Source of the DNA: Candidatus Adlerbacteria bacterium | GTDB taxonomy: Bacteria > Patescibacteriota > Minisyncoccia > Phycocordibacterales > SBAW01 | NCBI GenBank assembly: GCA_903851045.1 | Contig: CAINNF010000008.1 | Span: forward strand, 299 to 64,298 | Length of the DNA: 64,000 bases | Direction: 5' to 3' | In this document: positions 37,577-47,407 of the stretch, piece by piece | How positions within the stretch are numbered: the first letter of the stretch is position 1 | Layout: every line of letters begins with the position of its first letter | Made by a program: the position numbers and the translations under genes | The notes under the pieces: model-generated | What the model saw: only the letters and a program-made list of their open reading frames with translations | Told to the model about the DNA's origin: nothing | The model's database searches: none

Positions 37577-40500
37577 TTATTGTTTCTTAGTTATTATACT
37601 TGGAGTTGAGTTTGCAACACCAAATGGATTGGTCGAAGGTGTAGATGAGAACGATCCGAATGATGTACTTGATTTAGAACTATTTGAAGCAGCCACGGCA
37701 GCAACAAAACCAGTTGCTACCATTTGTGTGCCTACTCCTACAAATTCTTGTGCTCCATTCATGGTAGTGTGTGATCCTGTATAGAACGCAGTGGAGCCAA
37801 AACTTGGAAGCCTTCCTGGGGTACCCGGAACAGTACCCTTTAATACTCCTCCTGTCACTCCAGTCACTACAGATTGATAAGCAAGGGTCCCGTAGTTAGT
37901 CTGCTTATTTGTAATGTAGTTTACTCCAGCAGTGGTAACAAAGTTAGCTGCTCCTGCTGTGACACCAACAGCAACAGCTCCGGCTCCCAATATACCTGCG
38001 GTCGCAGAACTTGCACCAACCACGGCACCCGTCACAGCACTACGTGCATAATCTTGAGGCGAAGAAAGGTTTGAGTAAAAATCACTTGGCCTTAACCCAT
38101 TTTGGTTGATATTGCCTAATACATCGGAACCATATTGGCTAACGCCTCCAGCAACAAATCCTACTCCAGCTGCGATACATATAACTACAGCAGGACCTGC
38201 ACATCTCCCGTTTGGATCTGATTTATTTATTGGATTGTCATTTGCATAGGAATATGAGTTAAGACTTTGAGGATCAGAAAGATTTTGCTGAGTCTCCCAG
38301 AATACCGGGTCTTCGCTAATAAACTGACCGCGAGTTGGCGATTGATATCGGGCCTGCATGTAGTTTAAACCGCTACCCGCGTCATACTCAGTGCCAGCAT
38401 ACTTGCGCTTCTCCCCTTGGTAGGCGCCTGCCTTCGTGTCGAGTCTGGTTTGTCCATACGGATAGTAATCAAGCGTCTCGATGACATTACCCGCACTGTC
38501 AGTAATGATGTTGGAGCCAGTGAGATTGTCGGTCGCGATGTAGCGGACGGTGGTGGTTGCGGTGGTGGTGCCGCCGGTGGTTGATGTAGTAACTAGTGGC
38601 TTGAACGTCGCCATGACTGCGGCCCAGGGTCCGCTGGTTGTGGTGGTGAGTTTGGCTGCTGTTGTTGAAGCGGTGGTTATGGTCGTGTCCTCGGTCGCGA
38701 GTCGCTCGTGGGTGTCGTTGTCGTCTTGGTGTTGGCGCACGGTGTAGCTGGGGGCGGGTGTCCAGGTGTCCCCCGTAGTGGCGCTCCATGCGGCTCCTAC
38801 GTAGAGTTCACTGCCGAGTGTGGTGGTGACATTGCCGGGGTTCGGGTAGCCCGTTGCTCCCGTACTGGACGCTATTTTGTCCAGTGGTGAGGATGTCGCA
38901 ACGCCTGAGTACTCTTGGACTGCAATGGATGCGGCAGTAGCGGAGGTCACGGTGAAGGAGGAGCCTCCCGTGACGTTCTTCGCGTAGTAGAGGGCGACGT
39001 GGTCACCACCGTTGGTGGTGTTCACTGCTTCGTTGATCTTGGTATAGGTGTTGCCCTTGGAGTCGGTGATGTCGTTTGCGGGGAAGGTGGTGCCGAAGAC
39101 TGATACCGCAACAACGACGAGGTCGCCTTGGGTGACAGGGTTGGGGAAAGTGACGGAACCTATGGTGCTATCGATATTCCCTTGGACGAACGTGGGGGTG
39201 GAGGTAGCTGTGGTCGTGCCTCCCCCGCTACTGGTGGCGCTGGTATTCTCAATCGTTGCCAGGTCGAGATCGTTCGCGTAGATGTGCTTGGTGGTGGTGC
39301 CTACTCCCCCGAGTTGGACGTTGTAGAGCGTGTTAGGGGTGATGGTCGTGATGGTGCCTTCGGTGAACTTGATGCGATTGCCTTGGTAGTCGTAGGCGTA
39401 GGTGGAGGTGGCCAGGCCGTTGCCTGACTGGATGAGGCGGTTGTTGTAGTCCCAGGCGTAAGTGTTGGTGCCGTCGCTCAGGAGGTTGCCATTTTGGTCG
39501 TAGGTGAGCGTGGTGGTGGCGGTCGTGGTCGCAGTGCCTCCAGCGGCGGTTGTTGTGGCCGCCCGAAGTGCTACCAGGAGCATCGACCAGTCTTGGCTGG
39601 TTGCGCCAGTGTAAGTGTCGGAGTAAGTGCTGGTGGTGGTTGCTACCTGGTAGCTGGCGGCACCGAATATCGAGCCAGTGAGGTCTTTGTAGAGCGAAGT
39701 GCGACTGGTCGTCGCGTCGACCGTCGAGTAACGTGAAAGCGTGGCGGTCACGAGGTCTCCACCGGTAACATTGGAGAGACTGATGGTCGGGTTGCCGCTA
39801 AGGCCGGTCGCAGATGCGACCTTTTCGATCGGTGATACGGTGGCCACACCGCTGAAGGATGCGACCGCGAGCTTAAAGCCGTCGGTAGCACCCGTTACCG
39901 TCACCGACACCGTCTTAGAGCCAGTCGTTGTGGCGACAAGATACCACACCTCCGACGCTATGCCGACCATGCGAGTAGAGGTCGCTTTGGTGAACGACGC
40001 GCCGTTCCATGTGGCAGAGGTGATGGTGCCAGTGCCTCCGACATCCTGCCAGATGTCTGCATACAGGACGAGCATACTACTACTGGTCGCCACAGTCTGT
40101 GTCCACGTCTTGGTGACCGGGCCAGCGTTGTAGCCAGCGTTCGTACTGGTCGACGTAGCACCCCACACAACAGTCGAGGTCGAGACACCACCCGCCATGG
40201 TCGAGGTCGAGAAGGTCGTGAGCGCAGTCACCGCATCTGGATTCGCATAGTTGGAGCCTGTGTTGCCCGTGTAGAGATAACTACCCAAAGGGCCGCTGGT
40301 GATATTGCCCAGCGAGTCATAAGTGTAGGTTTGGTTGAAGGCTCCATTTCCAACAATAGCAGTCGATGCAGATAGAAGACGATTAAGACCATCGTAGGTA
40401 TACACAACCATTTGACCGTTCGCCAGGTCAGAGTTGTCGGTACGAGAAATGATATTACCATTTGGATCATAGACGTAATGTAGATCCTGCGTCTTTGTAT

Positions 40501-43500
40501 AATGGGTACTCGTCGCGAACGTGTTCGTTACCGTGAATGTACCGCCCATGGTATACGTGCAGATAGTATCAACACCGGAGGTGGAGGCTGTCCCGCCACA
40601 AGTATAGTCAGCGGCGTTCGCCGTAGGATATCGAATGATGACGATGCCAGACCCGCCCACGCCGCCAGGCCCATTATTCGGACTTCCGCCACCTCCGCCA
40701 CTACCGGTATTCGGAGTCCCCGCACCTCCACTGTAACTTCCACTTCCGTTGCCACCGCCTCCCACACCGCCTGTGCCTCCCACGAGCCCTCCGCCGCCTC
40801 CACCACCTCCCGCATAATATGTTGCTATACCTGTAATACTACTCTGTATACCAGTACCACCATTTGCACCATATCCACTCACGGTTGCATTATTGCCGCT
40901 TGAGCCTGCCCCTCCGCCACCGCCCGAGGCATTACCAACCCCGGTACTTGCACCACCGGAATTCCCTTCCCCATTGACAGAACTTCCTCCTACTCCACCC
41001 GTTATATACCCTGTTCCAGCTCCGCCACCAGACCCTCCGCTTCCACCAGGAAGTGAGTGACCGTACCCGTCTGTTGCGCTGCCATATCCTCCGCCAGCCG
41101 CAGAGACCAGAATGCCGATAGAGCTCGTAGCTCCTTGCGAGCCATTACCAGAAACCGTCGCGGGTCCTCCGGCTCCGCCGCTTCCGACCGTCACCGTATA
41201 GGCTCCAGGCGGGATACTTATCGAAGAACTGCTTATGACCCCGCCAGCACCTCCACCTCCGCCACCATTACCGTTATTTGCACCTGAGCCACCGCCACCA
41301 CCTGCAACCACGAGAATTTGTACTGGGTTATTCTGTGCGATCGTTGTTGTTGCAGCCGCGTATGACAGCTTTGCTGTCAAGCGATACAACTGGGTAGGAT
41401 CGTACGTGTATGTTGTAGTAGCACCAGACCCAGTGATCACTTGTGTATATTGACCTGTCGGAATATATCCAGAGTACATCGCAAGTATTTTAGACGACCC
41501 GCCGTTCTCTTTTTCCCATACTGAATCAAGTAATCCTGCGCTATTAAAATTGTATTGCGCTTGAGCACTATCTGGATAGATTATAAGCGTCTGATTACCT
41601 TGGCGATCATATGAGTACTGTGTAACGAACGTTGTGCTCGTACCCACGACAGACTCGGACTCACCACTCTTGAGTCCAATCGGATTGTAGGTATATGCAA
41701 TTCTCGATGCGGTAGTGCTCGCAACACACAGTTGCCCGATACCGTTCATACACGAGTCGTAGGTATAGGTGACTTCTGTACCCGCTTGCCCTGTGTAGTC
41801 TTCAGTCAGTGAACGGTTGAGCGCATCGTAGGTGAAGTTTACCGTCTGGCTTTTCGGGTCCACTCGTTGTATGAGATTGCCGGCGGTGTCGTAGGAGTAC
41901 GACCAACTCCCAAATGTCCCATCACCCACCATATGAAGGTCTTCGGCCGTGAGTCTTCGATTGAGGCCGTCATATGTGAAATTGCGTACGTTCCCATTAG
42001 CGTCCGTGACCTTGGTAAGGTTGTTGTTAAGATCATAGATATACGTGATGGTTGCAGACGACGTGGCAGTACTATGTTCGACCACGGTGACTAAGTTACT
42101 GAACGCGTCGTTCGACAAATCTTTTACATTCCCGTTCGCATCAGTTATCACGGTGTGCCACGGCAGGTACGCATAGCCAGTCGTGCCGACCGCATTGACC
42201 GCAGTACTTACTCTCTGGAGCGAGTCATATGTATAGGTGGTGAGGAGCGAACTACTTGCCGTCGGCGACGTGTACGCGGTACTTGAGGCGAAATATGGCA
42301 ACGACTCTTTCGACAGGAGCGAGGCGGTGTTGTACACCGTATCCTTGACCACGTAGGTATTGTTCCCTGGCGCTTGAGTCCTCGTCTGTATCGTGCGCCC
42401 AAGCCCATCAAAATATTCATACGCCGTGGTACTACTTGCCGAAGACAAACGGTTCGTGGTGAGCGTGTATGACGGGAATGTGTTGTCCGTGTACGCGATG
42501 TCGGTCTTCACTACCAATGTGCTTGATGAAGTTTGGTCTGGCTGTTTGACCTGCACCAGACGCCCCACGGGATCATACACGTTCACATTCGTGAGGCCAT
42601 TTGGGTCTGTCGTTGTTGCGACCTTCCCGCTCGCGTAGTCGTAGTACACCTGCGAAGTCTGATTGAGTGCGTTCGTTGTCGACGCTGGGTAGTAGTTGAG
42701 AGCATCATACACATACTTCGTCAGATTACCGAGCGCATCAGTCGTCGTACCCACGAGCCCAAAGCTGTTGTACGCTCTGGTGGTACTCGCGTACGAGCTA
42801 CCCGATATCCAATTCTTTTCTTGGGTACGATTACCCGCACCTACTGATCCAAAAGAGAGGTTGTCGTAGAGATACTGCGTTTCCATTATTTTTGTACTAC
42901 CCACGTCCGTAAGAGTTATATCGTCGATCACATCCAGCGTTGTGCTGGCATTCGTCGCATACGTTATGTTTTTGATTACTGTATCACTCCCTACGTCCGA
43001 ATAGGTACCGTCCGAACTTCCCGACACCTCTCCCCGGTCGATCGACTGTGTCAAATCGCCCGTCGTGGTGGAATACGTATACTCGACCGCATGATCTTTG
43101 TGAGAGGAGCCCGAGCTATCAAATTCCTGGGTCATGTGTTTCGATAGGTACACGAATGAGCGACCGTTCCCTTCGTCAGTTGTATCCCATCGACTGAAAA
43201 TACGCTTCAGAAGAGTTCCGTCTGTCTTCTTGGTGTCTTGGCGAAAAACGTGCCCAATCTGTGGGTACCCGTCAGCCTGTTCACCGTCGCCAGCGGAAAC
43301 ACTATCACCCTGGTCATAATACGTGGTCAAGAGATAGTCTGGATGTGTTTCGGTGATTGTGTAAAAACCAGCAAATTTACGGTCCTGCGGAGCAGCGACA
43401 TTGAGATACAGCTTACCGCCACTGTAAGCATAATCCGTTTCTGTACTGTTTCCATCATTATCGTTGGTAACGATTTTCGACACCAACAGAAGTGACATGG

Positions 43501-44524
43501 GCATGTGCGAATTCGTGCCTGTTTGTGGTGATGGGACATATGACACCTGCGTATTGCCACCCTTGGGATAGGTAATTTGAGTAAGAACGTCTTGGCGGGT
43601 GGTATTGTTCCTTATATTTTCATTATCTGGTATCCCATCACCATCCCAATCGACATACTCGTTATTTCTTTCTGTGTCATATTGATCGTATATAGTCGCA
43701 TACGTGGGAAGCGCTATGGTACTTGTAGCCCAGCCTGAACCGGTATTTAACAAGACCAAATTAAATCCATTTGAAATTTCGGCATTTCCGTGTGTGTTTC
43801 CAGCAATGGGGCTATAGTATGAGCGAACAAAATCCGGCAATCCATCACCGTTAACATCCATAAACCGCATGCCTCGATCAAAAAACTGATGACTCCCTGT
43901 GTTGTAGTAATAGGTTGACGTTGCAAGATTCCAAACTGAAGAGCAGGTGCCTCCTCTTCCGACCCACCCTGTACCATTATTCAGACAAAAATAGGTATTG
44001 TTATTGTCCGAATACACCCAATCATCTAGACCGTCACTATTTACATCTATGAGTTGAGAGTTAGAAATAGGTCCATTAATGTCAGGCATGGGCATAACTG
44101 TCGGGAACAGGTCACTTGTTCTCCAACCACTTCCATTCCCTAAATAGGTACCGTCATAACCCTCTTCGTAAATATTTGATGCGTAGTCTACATATCCATC
44201 TCCATTGAAGTTTCCTAGGAGGCCAGCAGTAAGTGTGGCATATGCTCCTGGAAAATATACCGCCACAGGAGGTATGTTCAAGGTCGAAGTCGCAACGGAA
44301 GTGAACGTATACGCACCTGTTGTGCTTCCTGTGCTGTAATATAAAGTGGCACCATCGTGATTAACGTAACTATGCAAAACGTCGGCATATCCATCCCCAT
44401 TAACATCTATAAATCTTGTACCACTTTCATAAGCAGTTGTAGGATTACCAAAACATGCCAGGAATATGATGGGGGTGGAGTAACGCCGACACCATCTATA
44501 CCAAACGCAGGAGACCCGCCGCAC
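37577..44524 (-). CDS. FG-GAP/YD/RHS-core protein, distal part of a frameshifted gene
   Basis: DVNGDG repeats, RKFAGF, YD repeats, core DYYPYG...ARYQSPTRGQFISEDP...YSYANDNPINKSDPNG and a ~209-aa C-terminal extension. Confidence 0.93.
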   Translation of the reverse strand: MRRVSCVWYRWCRRYSTPIIFLACFGNPTTAYESGTRFIDVNGDGYADVLHSYVNHDGATLYYSTGSTTGAYTFTSVATSTLNIPPVAVYFPGAYATLTAGLLGNFNGDGYVDYASNIYEEGYDGTYLGNGSGWRTSDLFPTVMPMPDINGPISNSQLIDVNSDGLDDWVYSDNNNTYFCLNNGTGWVGRGGTCSSVWNLATSTYYYNTGSHQFFDRGMRFMDVNGDGLPDFVRSYYSPIAGNTHGNAEISNGFNLVLLNTGSGWATSTIALPTYATIYDQYDTERNNEYVDWDGDGIPDNENIRNNTTRQDVLTQITYPKGGNTQVSYVPSPQTGTNSHMPMSLLLVSKIVTNDNDGNSTETDYAYSGGKLYLNVAAPQDRKFAGFYTITETHPDYLLTTYYDQGDSVSAGDGEQADGYPQIGHVFRQDTKKTDGTLLKRIFSRWDTTDEGNGRSFVYLSKHMTQEFDSSGSSHKDHAVEYTYSTTTGDLTQSIDRGEVSGSSDGTYSDVGSDTVIKNITYATNASTTLDVIDDITLTDVGSTKIMETQYLYDNLSFGSVGAGNRTQEKNWISGSSYASTTRAYNSFGLVGTTTDALGNLTKYVYDALNYYPASTTNALNQTSQVYYDYASGKVATTTDPNGLTNVNVYDPVGRLVQVKQPDQTSSSTLVVKTDIAYTDNTFPSYTLTTNRLSSASSTTAYEYFDGLGRTIQTRTQAPGNNTYVVKDTVYNTASLLSKESLPYFASSTAYTSPTASSSLLTTYTYDSLQRVSTAVNAVGTTGYAYLPWHTVITDANGNVKDLSNDAFSNLVTVVEHSTATSSATITYIYDLNNNLTKVTDANGNVRNFTYDGLNRRLTAEDLHMVGDGTFGSWSYSYDTAGNLIQRVDPKSQTVNFTYDALNRSLTEDYTGQAGTEVTYTYDSCMNGIGQLCVASTTASRIAYTYNPIGLKSGESESVVGTSTTFVTQYSYDRQGNQTLIIYPDSAQAQYNFNSAGLLDSVWEKENGGSSKILAMYSGYIPTGQYTQVITGSGATTTYTYDPTQLYRLTAKLSYAAATTTIAQNNPVQILVVAGGGGGSGANNGNGGGGGGAGGVISSSSISIPPGAYTVTVGSGGAGGPATVSGNGSQGATSSIGILVSAAGGGYGSATDGYGHSLPGGSGGSGGGAGTGYITGGVGGSSVNGEGNSGGASTGVGNASGGGGGAGSSGNNATVSGYGANGGTGIQSSITGIATYYAGGGGGGGGLVGGTGGVGGGGNGSGSYSGGAGTPNTGSGGGGGSPNNGPGGVGGSGIVIIRYPTANAADYTCGGTASTSGVDTICTYTMGGTFTVTNTFATSTHYTKTQDLHYVYDPNGNIISRTDNSDLANGQMVVYTYDGLNRLLSASTAIVGNGAFNQTYTYDSLGNITSGPLGSYLYTGNTGSNYANPDAVTALTTFSTSTMAGGVSTSTVVWGATSTSTNAGYNAGPVTKTWTQTVATSSSMLVLYADIWQDVGGTGTITSATWNGASFTKATSTRMVGIASEVWYLVATTTGSKTVSVTVTGATDGFKLAVASFSGVATVSPIEKVASATGLSGNPTISLSNVTGGDLVTATLSRYSTVDATTSRTSLYKDLTGSIFGAASYQVATTTSTYSDTYTGATSQDWSMLLVALRAATTTAAGGTATTTATTTLTYDQNGNLLSDGTNTYAWDYNNRLIQSGNGLATSTYAYDYQGNRIKFTEGTITTITPNTLYNVQLGGVGTTTKHIYANDLDLATIENTSATSSGGGTTTATSTPTFVQGNIDSTIGSVTFPNPVTQGDLVVVAVSVFGTTFPANDITDSKGNTYTKINEAVNTTNGGDHVALYYAKNVTGGSSFTVTSATAASIAVQEYSGVATSSPLDKIASSTGATGYPNPGNVTTTLGSELYVGAAWSATTGDTWTPAPSYTVRQHQDDNDTHERLATEDTTITTASTTAAKLTTTTSGPWAAVMATFKPLVTTSTTGGTTTATTTVRYIATDNLTGSNIITDSAGNVIETLDYYPYGQTRLDTKAGAYQGEKRKYAGTEYDAGSGLNYMQARYQSPTRGQFISEDPVFWETQQNLSDPQSLNSYSYANDNPINKSDPNGRCAGPAVVICIAAGVGFVAGGVSQYGSDVLGNINQNGLRPSDFYSNLSSPQDYARSAVTGAVVGASSATAGILGAGAVAVGVTAGAANFVTTAGVNYITNKQTNYGTLAYQSVVTGVTGGVLKGTVPGTPGRLPSFGSTAFYTGSHTTMNGAQEFVGVGTQMVATGFVAAVAASNSSKSSTSFGSFSSTPSTNPFGVANSTPSIITKKQ

Positions 44525-45900
44525 GAAACAGAACCTGATATGGCGGTATCGTTTATACCATCCCCATTAGCGTCAGCGGAGACATTTGCTTGGTCGGCAT
44601 GATGACCAAAACCATTCACATTTGACCACGTAACTGACGTACTTGCATACTGAAAAGTCATTGCTGGTAAAGTGAGTTGGGTACCGTCGATGTTTTGACC
44701 GGTTTCCTGCACGCTTGATAAAAGTGAGCGATGATTATTATTCCCTACCGAGTATGAGAGAGCATACTTTCGAACAACATGACCGTTCATCTGAGCATCG
44801 ATCTCAGACACGCGACTATCGGTTATCACTTGAAAACCGTATTTGTAGCTTGCATACGGAACACTACTAGAAGCAAGCGAAAAACTTACACTCATCACAC
44901 CATCTGTCGAACCATGTCCTGTATATAAAATTTGTGAGGGAAATATCTGATTATTCTCCTTGGTATAGCTATATTTTATGTAATTATCGTTTACGTCTCT
45001 TACTTCTTCGAGATACCAACGCGATATGGCGGTCGAACTGGCAACGTCAAATTGTCGTGACTGCGTGGTGGTGCCATACTCGTAGCGGGTGCCATTCTTG
45101 TCATATGCGGTCCACGTATTATTTGAACAGACATATTTAACAAAACTTCCATCATCCACTCGAGCGTAATACACGCCAGGTGTCGATGTTGAAGTTGAGC
45201 TTGCAAGTTCCCCATTTATAGACGAACTAAAATAGGTGTCCGTAAAGAGTTGGTCCGATCCAATTTTATTTATTCTTTCGATGTACGGGATCGAGAGAGA
45301 CCACCCATACCCCACGATACTGTTGTCGTCCAAGTTTTGACTATTGTAGTTCAGAGACAAACTTGGCTGCATACCATTACGCCCCGGTGGGATATCCAAA
45401 GGTACCCCTTGTGTTAGAGCACCTGAAGCTGTATCTACTTTGGGTGATATGGTTTGGTATGTAAAAAGTGATGGATTAGATACGGTGGGTTGCCCATTCG
45501 TTCCCAAGGTCATTGGACTTAAGCTACTTTTTGTGTTTGTCTTACCGTTCGAGTCTTCTGTTGCGGTCGAATCAGACAAAGAAGAATTTTGAACATCAGG
45601 AGTGAGTGCTGTATTCGTATCACTCGTTGTGTCTGAAGAATTAGAGTCAGATTGTGAGGCTATACCTTGCACCGCACCTCCTGTAAATGAGCCTCCCATA
45701 TCCGATGGAGGGGTTGCGTCTGCGGCAGGTGGTGTTGGGTCGGGTATGATCGATGCGTCGGCCGCAGGCGGACTTACCACATCATCCGCAAACACAGGAG
45801 CGAGTGGCGTTACAAAAAACGTAAGAACCAGCAAAAACGCGACAACCTTTCTAAAGATGTTACAGCTTGTCGACCCAACAGCGAATGTCAGTGAATACAT
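44407..45900 (-). CDS. Signal peptide plus SpvB/TcB-like N-terminal part of the same RHS gene
   Basis: RKVVAFLLVLTFFVTPLAPVFA signal, IPPGRNGMQPSLSLNYNS, GYGWSL and WYLEEVRDVNDN. Overlaps the next ORF in another frame. Confidence 0.9.
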   Translation of the reverse strand: MYSLTFAVGSTSCNIFRKVVAFLLVLTFFVTPLAPVFADDVVSPPAADASIIPDPTPPAADATPPSDMGGSFTGGAVQGIASQSDSNSSDTTSDTNTALTPDVQNSSLSDSTATEDSNGKTNTKSSLSPMTLGTNGQPTVSNPSLFTYQTISPKVDTASGALTQGVPLDIPPGRNGMQPSLSLNYNSQNLDDNSIVGYGWSLSIPYIERINKIGSDQLFTDTYFSSSINGELASSTSTSTPGVYYARVDDGSFVKYVCSNNTWTAYDKNGTRYEYGTTTQSRQFDVASSTAISRWYLEEVRDVNDNYIKYSYTKENNQIFPSQILYTGHGSTDGVMSVSFSLASSSVPYASYKYGFQVITDSRVSEIDAQMNGHVVRKYALSYSVGNNNHRSLLSSVQETGQNIDGTQLTLPAMTFQYASTSVTWSNVNGFGHHADQANVSADANGDGINDTAISGSVSCGGSPAFGIDGVGVTPPPSYSWHVLVILQLLMKVVQDL

Positions 45901-46250
45901 AAAAATAAAAAATTAGTGTCGCACCTCTACGCAAATAAACTGGGCTAACTATAAAGCACAAAATATTTTTGCAAATAAAAATTAGACGTAGGAGAAAAAT
46001 ATGCTACTTGTAAAAAATCTTCTCTTCCCGAGAAACCTTTATAAATGAATTATCGCTTATCCGAGATACTTTTGGAAAGCTCAACGTGATCAAGGCTATT
46101 TTAAAAATACACAAAATGCGAATTGGAAAAATATTTTGTCAAACAAACCAAAAAGTTATCAACAGGTACATAATCCATCTCTCTTACAGTTAATGGAGAA
46201 GACTTGGCAAACTACCACCTGTACCAAAGGTACCCTTAGCGATCCATCCT

Positions 46251-46506
46251 TGTTACCGTGGGCGTTGTGTTGTGGTCTTGTCTGTGGGGGCGTCTTCGAT
46301 CTGTCGGGGGTGCTCTTTTTCTGGGGGCACGGTCATGAGTACGGTGCTTGGGATCGGCGAGGGTTCGATCGTTATCGTGTGGTTCGGCGAGAGGTGCAAC
46401 TCTTCGAACGAGAGTTTCGTCGCGAGCGGGGTCTTGCCGAACAGGCGCAGGATAGCGTTGGCGATGTCTATCTTGGTTGGGTAGTACGTCTCGGTCAGGG
46501 CGGTCG
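46251..46506 (-). repeat. 256-bp direct repeat copy 2: 3' end of the intact E1-beta gene
   Basis: Partner of 36649-36904. Confidence 0.95.
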
Positions 46507-47407
46507 AGGTGGGGCACGGGACGTCGGGGCACGACAGCGACACGGGGCGGGCCTTCAGTGTGATGTTGTGGTGCTGTGCCACGCGCGCGATGATCTCTGC
46601 GCCGACGCTGAACGCGCGGTGCGTCGTATCGACCGTGATGAGTCTGCCGGTCTTCTTCACCGACGCGAACACGGTCTCGTAGTCTATCGGGTTGATACTC
46701 ACGAGGTCGATGATCTCTACACCCGCGTGCGTGCCGATCAGCTCGCGCGCCTGGAGCGTCGCAACGAGTCCGTCGCCGTAGGTCACCACCGTGACCATGT
46801 CTCCCGTGACGACCACGCGTGCCTCATCGAGCGGCACCGTGTACGACTCCTCGGGCACCGCCTGTTTGGTCCCGTACAGCCAACGAGGTTCGAGCATGAC
46901 GACCGGGTTGTTGTCCGCGATAGCGGACGCGAGCAGACCTTTCGCCAGGTAGGGTGTCGACGGGATGACGACCTTCAGTCCTGGCACACTGCCAAAGAGC
47001 GCGTGGAGCGCCTGTGTGTGTTGCGGCCCATTCCCCCACTGCCGACCAAGGGCGATACGAAAGACGATCGGTACCGGGTTGCCGCCGCCGAACATGTAGT
47101 TCCACTTCGCCGCCTGGGTAAAGATAGGATCGTACGCGAGCATCGCGAACTCGACGCGGCCATGGTGCACGATCGGTCGCAGTCCGTTGATGGCGGCACC
47201 CACCGCCATGCCCGTGAACGCGTTCTCCGAGACCGGCACGTCGAGTATGCGGTCGGGATATTTTACCTTCAGCCCCGCGGTCGTCCCATCCGCGCCGTTG
47301 GGGTAGGAGACGCCAAGGCCGATGACGAAGACCGACTGGTCCTTCTCCATCGCCTGGTCGGTCGCCTCTTTCAGCGCTTCGGTGTATTTGATGATTCGCT
47401 CAGGCAT
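46253..47407 (-). CDS. TPP-dependent dehydrogenase E1 beta/transketolase C-terminal subunit
   Basis: DVPVSEN, GLRPI, GPQHTQ, PGLKVV and KKTGRL. Confidence 0.92.
   Translation of the reverse strand: MPERIIKYTEALKEATDQAMEKDQSVFVIGLGVSYPNGADGTTAGLKVKYPDRILDVPVSENAFTGMAVGAAINGLRPIVHHGRVEFAMLAYDPIFTQAAKWNYMFGGGNPVPIVFRIALGRQWGNGPQHTQALHALFGSVPGLKVVIPSTPYLAKGLLASAIADNNPVVMLEPRWLYGTKQAVPEESYTVPLDEARVVVTGDMVTVVTYGDGLVATLQARELIGTHAGVEIIDLVSINPIDYETVFASVKKTGRLITVDTTHRAFSVGAEIIARVAQHHNITLKARPVSLSCPDVPCPTSTALTETYYPTKIDIANAILRLFGKTPLATKLSFEELHLSPNHTITIEPSPIPSTVLMTVPPEKEHPRQIEDAPTDKTTTQRPR

Larger units (their letters stand above)
36905..46250. mobile_element. RHS toxin island between direct repeats, no integrase
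   Basis: Bounded by the 256-bp repeats, partly more AT-rich than the flanks, and interrupts the glycan cluster. Confidence 0.7.

Noticed and set aside
38540-41300. CRISPR array or DNA tandem repeats
   Set aside because: The GGT/CCGCC periodicity reflects Thr- and Gly-rich coding, with no fixed repeat-spacer pattern and no cas genes.
36649-46506. Repeat pair as a DGR template/variable region
   Set aside because: The mismatches are not adenine-specific on one strand, all are synonymous, and there is no reverse transcriptase in the window.
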